Shown here one piece after another: positions 23,755 to 35,474 of a DNA stretch of 64,000 nt. Source of the stretch: Eledone cirrhosa. Taxonomy: Eukaryota. Position numbers and translations under genes: made by a program. How positions within the stretch are numbered: position 1 is the stretch's first letter; each line of letters opens with the position of its first letter. The DNA is taken from positions 139,686,001 to 139,750,000 of the forward strand of contig OZ024742.1 of the NCBI GenBank assembly GCA_964016885.1, written 5' to 3'. The notes under the pieces were generated by a model. The model had not been told where the DNA came from and did no database searches. It saw only the letters and a list, made by a program, of their open reading frames with translations.

Positions 23755-25345
23755 TTCTTTATTAGCCACAAAGGGCTCACATTAAGGAAACATTACAGAC
23801 AATACAGTGGGGGTTTTTCTTTGTGTAAAATAAAATTGATAAAAGAGACTAAGAAAATAAACATTTAAAACAAACAACACATTCCCCGAAGGTGAGGAGA
23901 CTCAAATGGTCACTCGTGTAGAAATGCCACAAAAGCCACGGCCATTCTGTCGGCTAGGGCAAAGTGCCCTTTCCCAGTTGTTCTACTCCAATCTACAGGT
24001 GTATGCTCATGGCAGGCCCATTCACACGGACCATGTTCGCCATTCTCATTCACCTTTCAACAAACTAATTGGAAGGCAAAAATTCCCTCTCCACCCTGAT
24101 TTTCCTCTTCAAGTGAAATCTGAAAACGTTAATCTGGGCTTCGCCGAAGAGGGAAATGGCTGTCTTCAACACTTTCAAACGCGTCCACCACATGACCTCT
24201 TTAGCCCTTGCCACCAGGCAGCTGAAAGCTGCCTGTTCTTCTCCTCTAAAGGAGGATAGCGGGGCGTTCTTCACAATGGACTCAGTTGATAGTCGGATCC
24301 GTCCTACGCGCGAGAGCAGGTATTCGGACATAAACCCACAGGTCAGCAATACTCGGACACTCGACGAGTGCGTGCAGGACGATTTCGTCGCCCTGGGCAC
24401 ACCTCGAACAGGCCCGACAGACGGTACTTCCATTGTAGAGTTTATCCCGAACTGGCAAAGCTCCTCAGTAGCACAGCCAGGCCAGAGATTTCTGGAAGTT
24501 ATCCATGGGCCCTGGACCGAAAGTCTTCTGGAAGAAAGTGGCTAGTTGATTTTCTTCAACGGCCAGAATCTCCCCAAGGACGCCATCGCTCTTACCCTCC
24601 ACTAACCCTTTATAGAACGCTGGGGTAGAGTTTCCTCCGATCGTACTGCGCGATTTGCTGAGGGTTGTAAGCGCTTGAAGACATTCCAGTTTCCAAACGC
24701 TTCACCCAAGATTGTAGCTCCGTCAAGGAGATGAGCTGGGGTAAAAAGTGTCTAGTGAACGACGACCACACCTATTCACCATCCAAGAAAAGTTGGAGAT
24801 GTAGCCTCAGCGCATGTTTGCTCATCATCAACCACGACATACCCAAATTTCCACTTAGCGGGTGTTGACAGCAGATGAACCGCCTGACCAATTGAATTTG
24901 GCCATTCCGCAAAAGGCGAACGAGTAAAGGCTCCAGTGCAGTCAAACTTAGATTAAGACAATGCACGACGGTCAGGTGGTAGTAGATGGCGGATGCGATG
25001 TACGTGTTCACCACCTCTGCATGGCCTTTCAAAAAAAGCTTCCTCTCGATCCATTTCCGGGTGAGAAAAGCCACATTGAACGTTACCTCGTCCCAGTTTT
25101 TGTCCATCTGAAGGTCCGGTCCAAACCCCACCCGAGTAATTTAACCGGTCTGTCAGTCCAGCGCCTCTCCGGGTGCCGAGCTGCTGGCCCCCGACTTTTC
25201 CTGGTTGACTTATGCTCCTGTTACCGCTTCGTACTCCCTGGGAGTGGTGCGAATCATCTCAATGTGTTTGGTGTTCGACACCACTACGGTGACGTCGGCG
25301 GCATATGCCGACACAAATCTCCCACATACTATTCACGCGGGATGC
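23755..25345 (-). pseudogene. Tx1-family 3' half (RT YADD region to 3' UTR), degraded
   Basis: FGPDLQMDKNWDEV and LLSRVGRIRLSTESIV..AKEVMWWTRLK are homologous to 12470-13851. The 3' end reads GTGGCTAATAAAG. Confidence 0.85.
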
Positions 25346-25414
25346 CTCTCAACGTCTCTAATGTGTGAATGCTAACGATGTTGCTACTACTGTCGCTAAA
25401 GCTGTTACTTCTGT

Positions 25415-25449
<35 letters not shown>

Positions 25450-25486
25450 TTACTACTACTGCTGCTGCTGCTGCCACCAATGCTAC

Positions 25487-25825
25487 TAATAATTGTTTCT
25501 ACTTTTAGCAATTATTCCAGTGCATTACTGGTACTTTATTTTATCGACCCCGTAAGGATGAAAGGCAAAGTTAACCTCGGCGGGATTTGAACTCTGACCG
25601 TAAAGGGACGTAACTCTATGCTGGAAAGCATGGTCTCCGAACCTCTACCGATACTGCTACTACTACTACTAATAATAATAATAATTGTTTCTACTTTTGG
25701 CACAAGGCCAGCAACTTTATTTTATCGACCCCGTAAAGATGAAAAGCAAAGTTGACCTCGGCGGGATTTGAACTCAGAATGGCAAGGGCCGTAACTCTTG
25801 CCATTCAGAGTTCAAATCCCGCCGA
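25487..25825 (-). mobile_element. Two adjacent SINE copies, the second ending in a hairpin
   Basis: Family motifs at 25487-25655 and 25675-25800. Palindrome at 25759-25824. Confidence 0.75.
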
Positions 25826-26496
25826 AATAATAATATTTATGATGAGGGTGGTGGTACTAATAGTAATAAAATGCACCCCGCCAAAGAACAAATGGGTCGG
25901 ATCGAACCCCTCGCCCTCGCAGATATCGTGTTAATGGTCATCGCCCCCCCCCCCCCCCACACACACACACGCACACGGAGTTGGAAGGTGCCATCATATT
26001 TATCGACATATAATGAGGTGTACACTAGTCGTAAATAGCATTAGTTCGGCAGATACTGAGTATTGCACCTCGGTACCGTAGTAGTTGATGATTTTGCTAC
26101 AGCTGTTGTTTCGATACTAATACTCTGCGGAACTTTCTCGCATTCAGTGCGATTATCAAACTGGTTTGTTGTGTTATTTTAAAGATGTATACATATATAT
26201 AGAGAGAGAGAGAGAAGATAGGAGATCTGGGGGTCTGAGAGTAGAGTGGTGTGAGAGTGAATGTACAGATGAAAAGGTGTAATAAAAAGAAATAAACTAA
26301 AAAAAAATAATAAAATAATTTTGGTCATTTTCTGATGACAGAGCAAATGGGGATTTTGTTGTGATTTTCAGATAGAGATAACCTATGTGATATTGGTAAT
26401 TAAAGTGATAAAGTTGAAAAAGAAAATGTAAAGGAAGGGGTGAACAACGGAGTCAACACCAAAAGACAGCAACGTCGCGAGTACTGGGCAACCTCT

Positions 26497-27051
26497 CTAA
26501 TGATTTTTTAGGCAAGCCAGCACACTCGCAACGTTGCCTCGGGTGATGGCGAGGCAGATACGCTGAAACAGCCAAGCGCCCTCGCGAGATTCGCTAGTCA
26601 CCTCTATTAGGCGAGCCGCCAGTGAACAGAGGAACTCCGCAGTCAGCGGCCCGACTTCCCCAAACGTCTCGAAAGCCACAGGCTGAAAAATGTAGTTGGC
26701 CGACAGATCAGAGTATTTTAGGGTGTTACTCCGCTCGGCTGCAGAAGCTGTGGCTCTCGTCCTAACCGCAGCATCCAGGATGTGGGAGAGTGCAAAAGAG
26801 TCACTAACAGTGACGTCCCAGACAAGGCACCTGCCGCTCGACCAGGGGCACAGGGTAAGACCGTCAGTTCTTTTGCCGTCACTTCTGGACAACCCAGATG
26901 GTTTCAAGACTGAGGGGATATTAGCCTGGCCCAAAGCTCTCTTCAGAATGAGGTTTAGCTCCATGTGACGCGCGAAGTGGTCGGCATTCAGGCGGCAAGA
27001 AAGACTGTGGAGTCGAGGAGTTTGCCGCATCGGCACCTCAAACCCATGCAA
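26497..27051 (-). pseudogene. C-terminal RLE domain of a CRE-like non-LTR retrotransposon, 5'-truncated
   Basis: RH..LN, GKRTDGLTL..W..GRCLVWDVTV, KY, FQPVAFETFG, WLFQRICLAITRGN. Confidence 0.75.
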
Positions 27052-27773
27052 ACATCAATCTTTCATTGTATCATCCTTTATAATGTTATCGAAACATTTG
27101 TAATGTTATTTATGTATATATTTAAAAACATATTTCTTATGTTATTCTACTGTAAATTTATATACTTTTTTTTACAAATAAATCTTTCGGTTATCTGTAG
27201 TAGTAAAACTAATATTTCACCAGAACATCTGCTAAAAAAAGAAGAAAATAAAAAGTTGAAAAAGCAATAAAATATTGGTGTATTTGTTTTTTATGATAGG
27301 AGACATTGGTTAAATGGTGACGCCTTATTGTGGTGGATGCAAGACCAAAAGGGAGTTAATGAGATAAGTGTATTTATATTTTATATTGTTGAAAAAAAAA
27401 TGTAAAAGTATGGGTGGGGGGTGGGGGTTAGGGTATAATAACAAACGAGTAGTGAGAATCATGAAAACTTGAAGGGAGAGGTGAACGTGTGAGCTTGTAT
27501 GTACAAATGAGGAGGATTAAACCAAAATAGGGCACATGACACTTTTTATGATAGGGAAGTAAAATGGTGATGGAGTGAAAACGGTATTGGGGATTTTGTT
27601 GTGATGGTCAAATAGAGATGATCTAAGTGACATTGGGAATTAAAGTGATAAAGTTGTAAAAGCTATAAGATGGTGTATTTTACAAATGTTTTATGTTTAT
27701 TATTCCTTATTGTGGCGGATACAAGACCAAATGAAAATTAATGATGAGTGCATATATATATATATATATATAT

Positions 27774-28168
27774 AAATGAGAGGTATAGAGATTGTTTTAG
27801 CAAGAAGCTAACGGCATTCTATAACATATATGCGACTATAACGTCAAGATGGGAAAAGTAGTTAACGAAAGATTTAGGAAAAATAACTCAAACTCATCTC
27901 AAAAGAGAATCAGGATATAAATTCATCCACAGAATTTAGTAAAATCCAGGGAAGAATCTATAGACCTTTAACTCATGATAAAATAAAGTTTGAAACACTT
28001 ATCCTTCAATTTGGAATAACATCAAATGCTCCGTATAGTCTTAAAAGACTATTTCATGAAAACTTTCAGTGGAGGTGGTCACGGTTGGATTTCATTCATC
28101 AGCAGAGCTCAACAGAAACCAGGGCTCTCACAGTAATATAATCCGAAAAAGGGAGTTCTAAAACTGGC
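27774..28168 (-). mobile_element. 395-bp HHR-bearing non-coding element between (TA)n tracts, copy 1
   Basis: Near-identical to 50073-50469, with the same ends. Confidence 0.8.
28028..28108 (-). ncRNA. Canonical type I hammerhead ribozyme
   Basis: Minus strand: GCTCTG-CTGATGA-ATGAAA..TTTCAT-GAA-ATAGTCTT TT AAGACTAT-A-CGGAGC, giving stems of 6, 6 and 8 bp. Confidence 0.9.
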
Positions 28169-28196
<28 letters not shown>

Positions 28197-28201
<5 letters not shown>

Positions 28202-28449
28202 AGTAAGTAAGTTAATTTTTATAATTTTCTTATTTTACATCTTTCATATAATTGTTCTGCATCCCCTTGCATTGAACCACAAAGTTACTAAGACAAAACC
28301 TATATATTTGCATAGGTATGCATCTGTATATATATGTTGGTAGATATACTTATTCTTTATAATTATCTCCAAATTATTTTGTTGAGCAAAAATTTGCCAA
28401 AACTGCTACTATAGTTCATAGTAATATTTCGGCTACTGTCTTCTTAACA
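28197..28449 (+). repeat. Diverged partial unit of the 525-bp repeat family
   Basis: Aligns by eye to 42325-42565 and is flanked by TA tracts. Confidence 0.8.
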
Positions 28450-28479
28450 TATATATATATATATGTATATATATATATT

Positions 28480-28962
28480 TATTTAAATAACAGATTACAG
28501 TTTAAGCAAAGAATCGCTGCTTTCACCCTTAACGGGATCTTCTGAAACTAAATAAGTCAATCCATGAACCACTTAATCGAATATTAGTCTACGACTTCAT
28601 TTATACCATAAACATGGTTTTGTCTTTGCGCGTAATTGTGTAATTGTTTTCACCGCTCCAAATAATGACGTATTATCTTCGTTTTTTTTTTCGTTCTTTG
28701 CCAGGGAACGTTTCCACGAACCAAAGTATCGTCTTCCTGTTTTCCTTCGGTTGCAACGTTTTTTGAAATATTTACTTCTGCGTTCACAGATTGACTTTTT
28801 TAGTTTCAGAAGATCCCGTTAAGGGTGAAAGCAGCGATTCTTTGTTTAAACTTTAATCTGTTATTTTAATAGATATTTGCTCTACGGTTCTTATATATCT
28901 GATATATATTTATCCTTATCGAGCCCTCTTTGGATTTTAGTCTTCAAATTTATTATTATTAC

Positions 28963-28965
<3 letters not shown>
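28480..28965. repeat. Fold-back (pLTR-like) element
   Basis: Arms at about 28483-28568 and 28783-28870. Same family as 6873-6980. Confidence 0.75.
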
Positions 28966-28993
<28 letters not shown>

Positions 28994-29088
28994 ACATACA
29001 TACATACGTGGGCGAGCACGCATGCACACGTGCACATGTATGTTACCACACATATGTGCTTGTGCATATATGTGAGCGCACACATACA

Positions 29089-29134
<46 letters not shown>

Positions 29135-29184
29135 TAGATAGATAGGTAAATATACACGGGTGTGTATGATTGTGTATAGAAGAT

Positions 29185-29578
29185 TATATTAATAAGAGGA
29201 ATTCCAACTTTTTCTGATTTACTCGTTTTATTTACAATCCTTTAAAATATATATAATATGGTATTATAATGAAATAGTATGATAGAATATTAAATTCTAA
29301 GTGTTAATTGAACAAGTACTTTCATGCTTTCGAAATCTTCAGGTTCATGATATGTGGTGACAGTCGAGTTTGCAATTTTCAACTGAAGTTGAAAATTGCA
29401 AACTCGACTGTCACCACATATCATGAACCTGAAGATTTCGAAAGCATGAAAGTACTTGTTCAATTAACACTTAGAATTTAATATTCTATCATACTATTTC
29501 ATTATAATACCATATTATATATATTTTAAAGGATTGTAAATAAAACGAGTAAATCAGACAAAGTTGGAATTCCTCTTA

Positions 29579-29586
<8 letters not shown>
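29185..29586. repeat. Near-perfect 400-bp palindrome with an HHR-like motif in each arm
   Basis: Centre at 29385-29386. I saw one arm mismatch. Motif TGAAC-CTGAAGA..GAA-AGTACT-T-GTTCA at 29424-29462 (+) and its mirror at 29309-29347 (-). Confidence 0.9.
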
Positions 29587-29656
<70 letters not shown>

Positions 29657-29737
29657 AGTGTATATGTATGTATGTTTTTTTTTGTTTGTGGGGCGAGAGA
29701 CTCATAGTCTTCATTAAGACATCTCTCGAGAAGGTCT

Positions 29738-30110
29738 TGTAGCGGTTGTCTCCCTTGTTTGGATTAAACATCTAGACGGGAAGTAGAACCCTTTCTGCAA
29801 CTTCCGGTCAGAACCCTATAAAACTAACAACTTTAGGTTCTCACTCTCTCATTGCCTTTTCGGCACCAGGTCAAGAGCCTCTCATTTGGCTCTGCCATTC
29901 ATTTGGCCAACAGGCGCCTGGCCCTAGCCAGGCGTCCTCTGCCAGCCGCGTTTGTCTGGCAATCAAAACGGTAACTACTAACTTTGCTTCATTCTATCAT
30001 CCTCATCTTTGACATTTCAACTATACTATCTACCATTGTTAATTAAATATTATCTACACACAAACAATGTATTCCTTGTTACATTCATACAACCCAGTAC
30101 TCACGCTATA
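29738..30110 (+). repeat. 5' LTR
   Basis: TGTAGCG...CGCTATA, direct repeat of 31540-31912. Confidence 0.9.
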
Positions 30111-30111
30111 T

Positions 30112-30129
30112 TGGTGACCCTGACGTGAT
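30112..30129 (+). promoter_or_regulatory. Primer-binding site (tRNA-Trp)
   Basis: TGGTGACCCTGACGTGAT is complementary, with one mismatch, to the animal tRNA-Trp 3' end AUCACGUCGGGGUCACCA. Confidence 0.8.
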
Positions 30130-31539
30130 ACGAACACGCAGCCGTTCATCGCTATAAGTGGTCACCCCAAAAAAATAAAAAAATAACACATCTGGTTTTG
30201 TGTGAGTAACATTACGAATACACAGCAAATTTATCGACAAACTATGAAAATACTCAAGGACACGCACACACGCACATGTGGAATTCGCACAGACAGACTT
30301 TTTCTCTCACGCATCAACTAACTGTCGCATTTCACCAATATATATATATGTTTCTCGTTTCTTACAACGAACACTTTCAAAACAAAAATAAACAAAAAAA
30401 AAAATTTCGCGATATATATATATGTTTCTCGTTTCTTACAACGAACTCTTTCAAAACAAAAAAAAAAAAAAAAAGAAATTTGATATTCTTTAAGAAAACA
30501 TTTCAACAGGAACATTTATTTTCGATGAACCATTGCCTTTTTGTTCATCGTTTTCTTCATCGTTCAAGTTTTTTTTTTCCCAAAGTTCACACCAATAATT
30601 ATGCTGAGTGAAGCCTTTCTTTTTCATCATTGTCACTTTCAAAATTGCACTATCATTTTCTCGCGCGTTAGAAATATTATTTTTTTCAACCTTGTATTGG
30701 CACGTGTAGGCAGCACAAATTCTCGATTCACAGAGATGTCTCTACTCACAGACATAGCCGCACGCCAGAGATAACATTTCTCGCCAAGGATTCTTCAGCC
30801 TTAAGCTATATTCTTCTATTTGCCGGTTTATAAATTTACAATGTAAATTTACCGTTGATAACCGCGCATTTATTAAGAATGCTTATTTCTCTGGTCGCTG
30901 GCCTCTTGACCCTTCCAGGTTAACGCATTCTCAACATCGACCATCAACTTCGGCTGCTATTTCTAGCACTTTGCGCAACTCATTTTTTCTAAAAAAAAAA
31001 TAAAAAAATTTTTTTTACTGTGAATTTAAACACCGAATACGCTCAACCAGCGAGACAACAGCAGCAGCAACAGCTATACAGCGGCGACAGCAACAGCAGC
31101 AGCAGCAGCAGCAGCAATACATCAACACAGCTTCACCAACAACCGAAGCCAGAGAATTTATTTTTGCAGCACTCTCCCTGTGAGAAAATCCATTCGGAGG
31201 TTGGAAATTTCACGATATACCACAGAACAGAAACCACCTGCATTCATTCTCTGGAACACACTTTCTTTCCTGCTGTCATGTGATTGCACACCTGTGAACT
31301 ATATTTTGTACATTTGAACTTTGAGCTCTTCTCTTACTTTATTACATTGTATCTTTGGGTGATGGATAGATGGATGTCCAGTCGTTCTCTGGCCAAGAGC
31401 GGTTGGCTACCTTGATATCTATCATTGATTTTTGCAAACATTCTTTTGTCGTAATTTTCATGCCTGTTACAACATTCTCGCCAACTTGCTACATATTTTC
31501 ATTTCGATTTTTATACACTAAAATTCTGGCGGGAGGTTA

Positions 31540-31912
31540 TGTAGCGGTTGTCTCCCTTGTTTGGATTAAACATCTAGACGGGAAGTAGAACCCTTTCTGC
31601 AACTTCCGGTCAGAACCCTATAAAACTAACAACTTTAGGTTCTCACTCTCTCATTGCCTTTTCGGCACCAGGTCAAGAGCCTCTCATTTGGCTCTGCCAT
31701 TCATTTGGCCAACAGGCGCCTGGCCTTAGCCAGGCGTCCTCTGCCAGCCGCGTTTGCCTGGCAATCAAAACGGTAACTACTAACTTTGCTTCATTCTATC
31801 ATCCTCATCTTTGACATTTCAACTATACTATCTACCATTGTTAATTAAATATTATCTACACACAAACAATGTATTCCTTGTTACATTCATACAACCCAGT
31901 ACTCTCGCTATA
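31540..31912 (+). repeat. 3' LTR
   Basis: Preceded by GGCGGGAGGTTA and followed by the TSD GTCT. Confidence 0.9.
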
Positions 31913-32571
31913 GTCTCTTTGATATAAGACCTGCGACTCCGTTTGAATCCAATGATGTAGACCAGTTCTTCTTTTTGGGAAAATGCATTCGATGTTCAGA
32001 GAGTGGGTTGGTCCTTTGTAAAGCCTTTGCCCTCACAAAAAAGCTTCAAGCACAGGCATCGCTTGATATATGACATTTTTTTCGATACATAGTATTGTTG
32101 GGCATAGGCAAGTTCCCTAGCAGGACTAAGAAGCTATGTTCGTGATGCTTAAGTATCAAGCGATGGCATTACTCGAGATCGAGTAATATGTATAGGTCAT
32201 TGATTAAAATACTTTTGAAACATCCAATAAATACATATCAAATTTTATCGACCATATATATTTTTCTCCTGTAGTGGTTGTGCAGACAGAGGCTCCAATG
32301 TGGGCGGTGGCTATAATGCTGTTTTGACGGCCTTGCTTAGAGTACCGTCTATACTATAGACGTGAAATAAGTATCATTTACACAATGAGACTCTCCAGAT
32401 CTAAAATCTGTATAAACCATACCTCATCCTTGCTTCAATGCCAAATGACTAAATAGTATCAATGAAGATTGATAGAAATCCTGAACCACTAATGTGTTTT
32501 CGTACGGCTAACGTCGTAGCTGTGACATGAACACATACGCACATACACGTACATACGTACACACACACGCT

Positions 32572-32653
<82 letters not shown>

Positions 32654-32657
<4 letters not shown>

Positions 32658-34958
32658 AAGGGAAGCAGAGGAAAGAAAGTTCAAGCATGTTCTACAACGC
32701 GAGGTGTTCAGGATTGCTAGGCAATGTGTCAAGGAAAACCGTGATATTGTCGGGGAGAAGTGTGTACTTAATGATGACGGCGTACTTGCCATCACCGACG
32801 CTGATAAGAAGGTAGCTTGGAAGTGTCACTATGAAAGGCTACTAAATGAGGAGAATAAATGGGAGAAAGACAGTCTCCCCCACATCGACCCAATAGAGGG
32901 ACCAGCAGTGTTAGTCGAGGGTAGTATAATAAGTAAGGCAATCAAGGATATGAAAACGGGTAAGGCGGCTGGGTCTTCGGAAATAGTTGCTGAGATGCTG
33001 AAGGCATCCGGCACGGTGGGACACACCATGGTCACCCGGATAGTTAACCAAGTCGTACAGAATGGGGTTGTTCCGAAGGACTGGCATAGCAGCATCATCG
33101 TTAACTGTTATAAGGGTAAAGGAGATGCCCTAGATAGGAGTAACTATAGAGGCATTAAATTAATCGACCAGGTCATGAAGGTCACGGAAAAAGTAATAGC
33201 GCAACTAATCAGAGAGGGAATTGACCTAGATGAAATGCAGTTCGGGTTTGTGTCAGGCAAAAGTACCACAGACGCTCTTTTCATTGTACGACAACTACAG
33301 GAGAAGTACCTAGCTAAAAGTAAACCCCTATACTTAGCTTTTGTCGACTTGGAGAAAGCCTTCGACAGAGTCCCCCGTTCCATTATCTGGTGGGCCCTTA
33401 GAAAACTAGGTGTCGACGAATGGCTTGTGAGAGCTATACAAGCCATGTATAAAGAAACAGTCAGCAAGGTTAGAATTAACAACGAATATAGTGAAGAGTT
33501 TAGCGTAAAAGTTGGAGTCCATCAGGGCTCTGTTCTCAGCCCCCTACTATTTATTATTGCCCTTCAGGCTATAACAGAGGAGTTCAAGACCGGCTGCCCA
33601 TGGGAACTCCTATACGCAGACGACCTAACACTCATAGCTGAATCAATGGCCGAGCTAGAGAAGAAATTCCAAACATGGAAGCACGGCCTAGAATCAAAAG
33701 GCCTTAAAATTAATCTGGCTAAGACCAAAGTTCTAGTTTGTAGGAAAGAAAATAAGGCGGCGGTCCCTTCCGGGAAGTGGCCATGCTCACTGTGTAGGAA
33801 AGGAGTAGGTAGAAACTCCATTTTGTGTCAGAAATGCAAAGTATGGGTGCATAAAAGATGTAGTGGGATCACAGGTAAGCTAACTAAGAACATAGATTTC
33901 ACATGTGGCCGGTGCTCTGGTGCAATAAGTAGCAGCAAGTGCCCACAAAATACTACCTCTTTCAACTGCGCAGAGGGCTCTATAGAAATAGTGGACAGTT
34001 TCCGTTACCTGGGTGACAAAATCAGCAGTGGGGGAGGGTGCTCTGAAAGTACAGTAGCTAGAGTCCGAACTGGATGGAAAAAGTTCAGAGAGCTTATACC
34101 ACTATTAGCCGCTAAAGAGTTCTCCCTAAAAACGAAAGGCAGGTTGTATGATGCCTGCATACGAACAGCAATGTTGCATGGCAGTGAGACCTGGGCATTG
34201 TGTGCAGAGGATATACGCAGACTAGGAACGAAGCTTGCATGCTCCGCTGGATGTGTAATAGTAATATACGTGAACAGCAAAGCATAAACGAACTAAGGAA
34301 AAAATTAGAAATAAGAGGGATCAGATGTTGTTTACTCGAGAGAAGGCTAGGTTGGTATGGACACGTGATGCGCATGAAAGTCGATAGCTGTATAACAAAG
34401 TGCAGGGCAATAAAGATAGACGGTAGCCACGGAATAGGCAGACCTAGAAAAACCTGGGACGAGCTGATAAACTCCGACCTCACACACTTACACCTCTCCA
34501 AGACAATGTCACTGGACCGAGACCTTTGGCGGTACTCAGTAATAGAGAAGACCCGCCTTACCTAAATACATAGTAAAACCTACTACAGTCAGTAGGCATC
34601 TCTAACAAAATACACCCCCGTCCCACCACCCCCACCCCATCCACACCGCCCCCTTCTATGTAAAGTTATGTTGGTGCCACACCATCCAGGCCGAAACAAA
34701 TGAGATCGTGTAGGTGTCACGACAAAAAAACACACAGTCCACGCTGTAATGTGGCCGTGTAGGCAACACGGCAAAAACCTCCCAGACCCACACTGTAAAT
34801 GTGGTTGGTGTTAGGAAGGGCATCCAACTGTAGAAAACCTGCCAGACAGTCCTATGCGAGCAAGACAATCACTCTTGCCTCAAGTGGGAAAACCCCCGTC
34901 CAAACCCATGCAAGCGTGGAACACGGACGTTAAACGTTGATGATGATGATGATGATGA

Positions 34959-34960
<2 letters not shown>
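32654..34960 (+). mobile_element. 5'-truncated RTE-clade LINE with a PHD-like finger, inserted in (TA)n
   Basis: NYRGIKL, QFGF, DLEKAFDRV, GVHQGSVLSP, LYADD and a C4HC3 motif. Frameshift near 34222, (GAT)n tail. Confidence 0.92.
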
Positions 34961-34992
<32 letters not shown>

Positions 34993-34994
<2 letters not shown>

Positions 34995-35333
34995 CGGGAG
35001 GATTTGGAGGGTCACCTGTCGACATGGTCTTGGTTTTTTCACAACTGATGCGCAGGACAGCTTTCTCTGCATTGTCATTTAGAACGTTTGTCATCTCTTG
35101 CAGGTCTTCTCGGGAATGGCCTATCACTGAGATGTCATCGGCAAAGTCCAGGTCGCTCATATTGCCATGGATTGGGTACCAGAAGGTGGCAGGAGAGAAC
35201 GGGGAAGACCACGAAAAACATGGCGGAGCACATCCTGGAGAGGTGCTAGAAGGGCCGCCAGTGACAGGATCAAGTGGAGGAAGCTCGTCGCCCAATGATC
35301 ACCAAGGGACTGGAGGAACTAAGACTAAGACTA

Positions 35334-35336
<3 letters not shown>
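34993..35336. mobile_element. Short RTE insertion with a 5' inversion
   Basis: 34993-35160 (-) encodes DLDFADDI. 35160-35300 (+) encodes RERGRPRKTW..WRKLV. (ACTAAG)n tail, TA flanks. Confidence 0.7.
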
Positions 35337-35383
<47 letters not shown>

Positions 35384-35474
35384 GTAATAAATTTGAAGAC
35401 TAAAATCCGAAGAGGGCTCGAAGATCCCGTTAAGTGTCAAAGCAACGATTCTTTGGTTGAACTTTAATGTTCTT

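Larger units (their letters stand above)
29738..31912 (+). mobile_element. Non-autonomous LTR retrotransposon (TRIM-like)
   Basis: Two 373-bp LTRs (about 3 differences seen), 4-bp TSD GTCT, PBS, purine-rich tract before the 3' LTR, no gag/pol ORF. Confidence 0.9.

Noticed and set aside
28700-28745. CAGGAAGA..GAAACGTTC HHR-like stretch on the minus strand
   Set aside because: The core needs an insertion and a substitution, and stem II is poor.
31917-32520. Possible old RT or viral relic on the minus strand (LLDVSKVF resembles DxSKAFD)
   Set aside because: A single weak motif among many stops. It needs tBLASTn or HMM evidence.
32527-32653. N-terminal part of the 586-aa ORF
   Set aside because: Read-through from the flanking microsatellite into a truncated RTE, not a real start.
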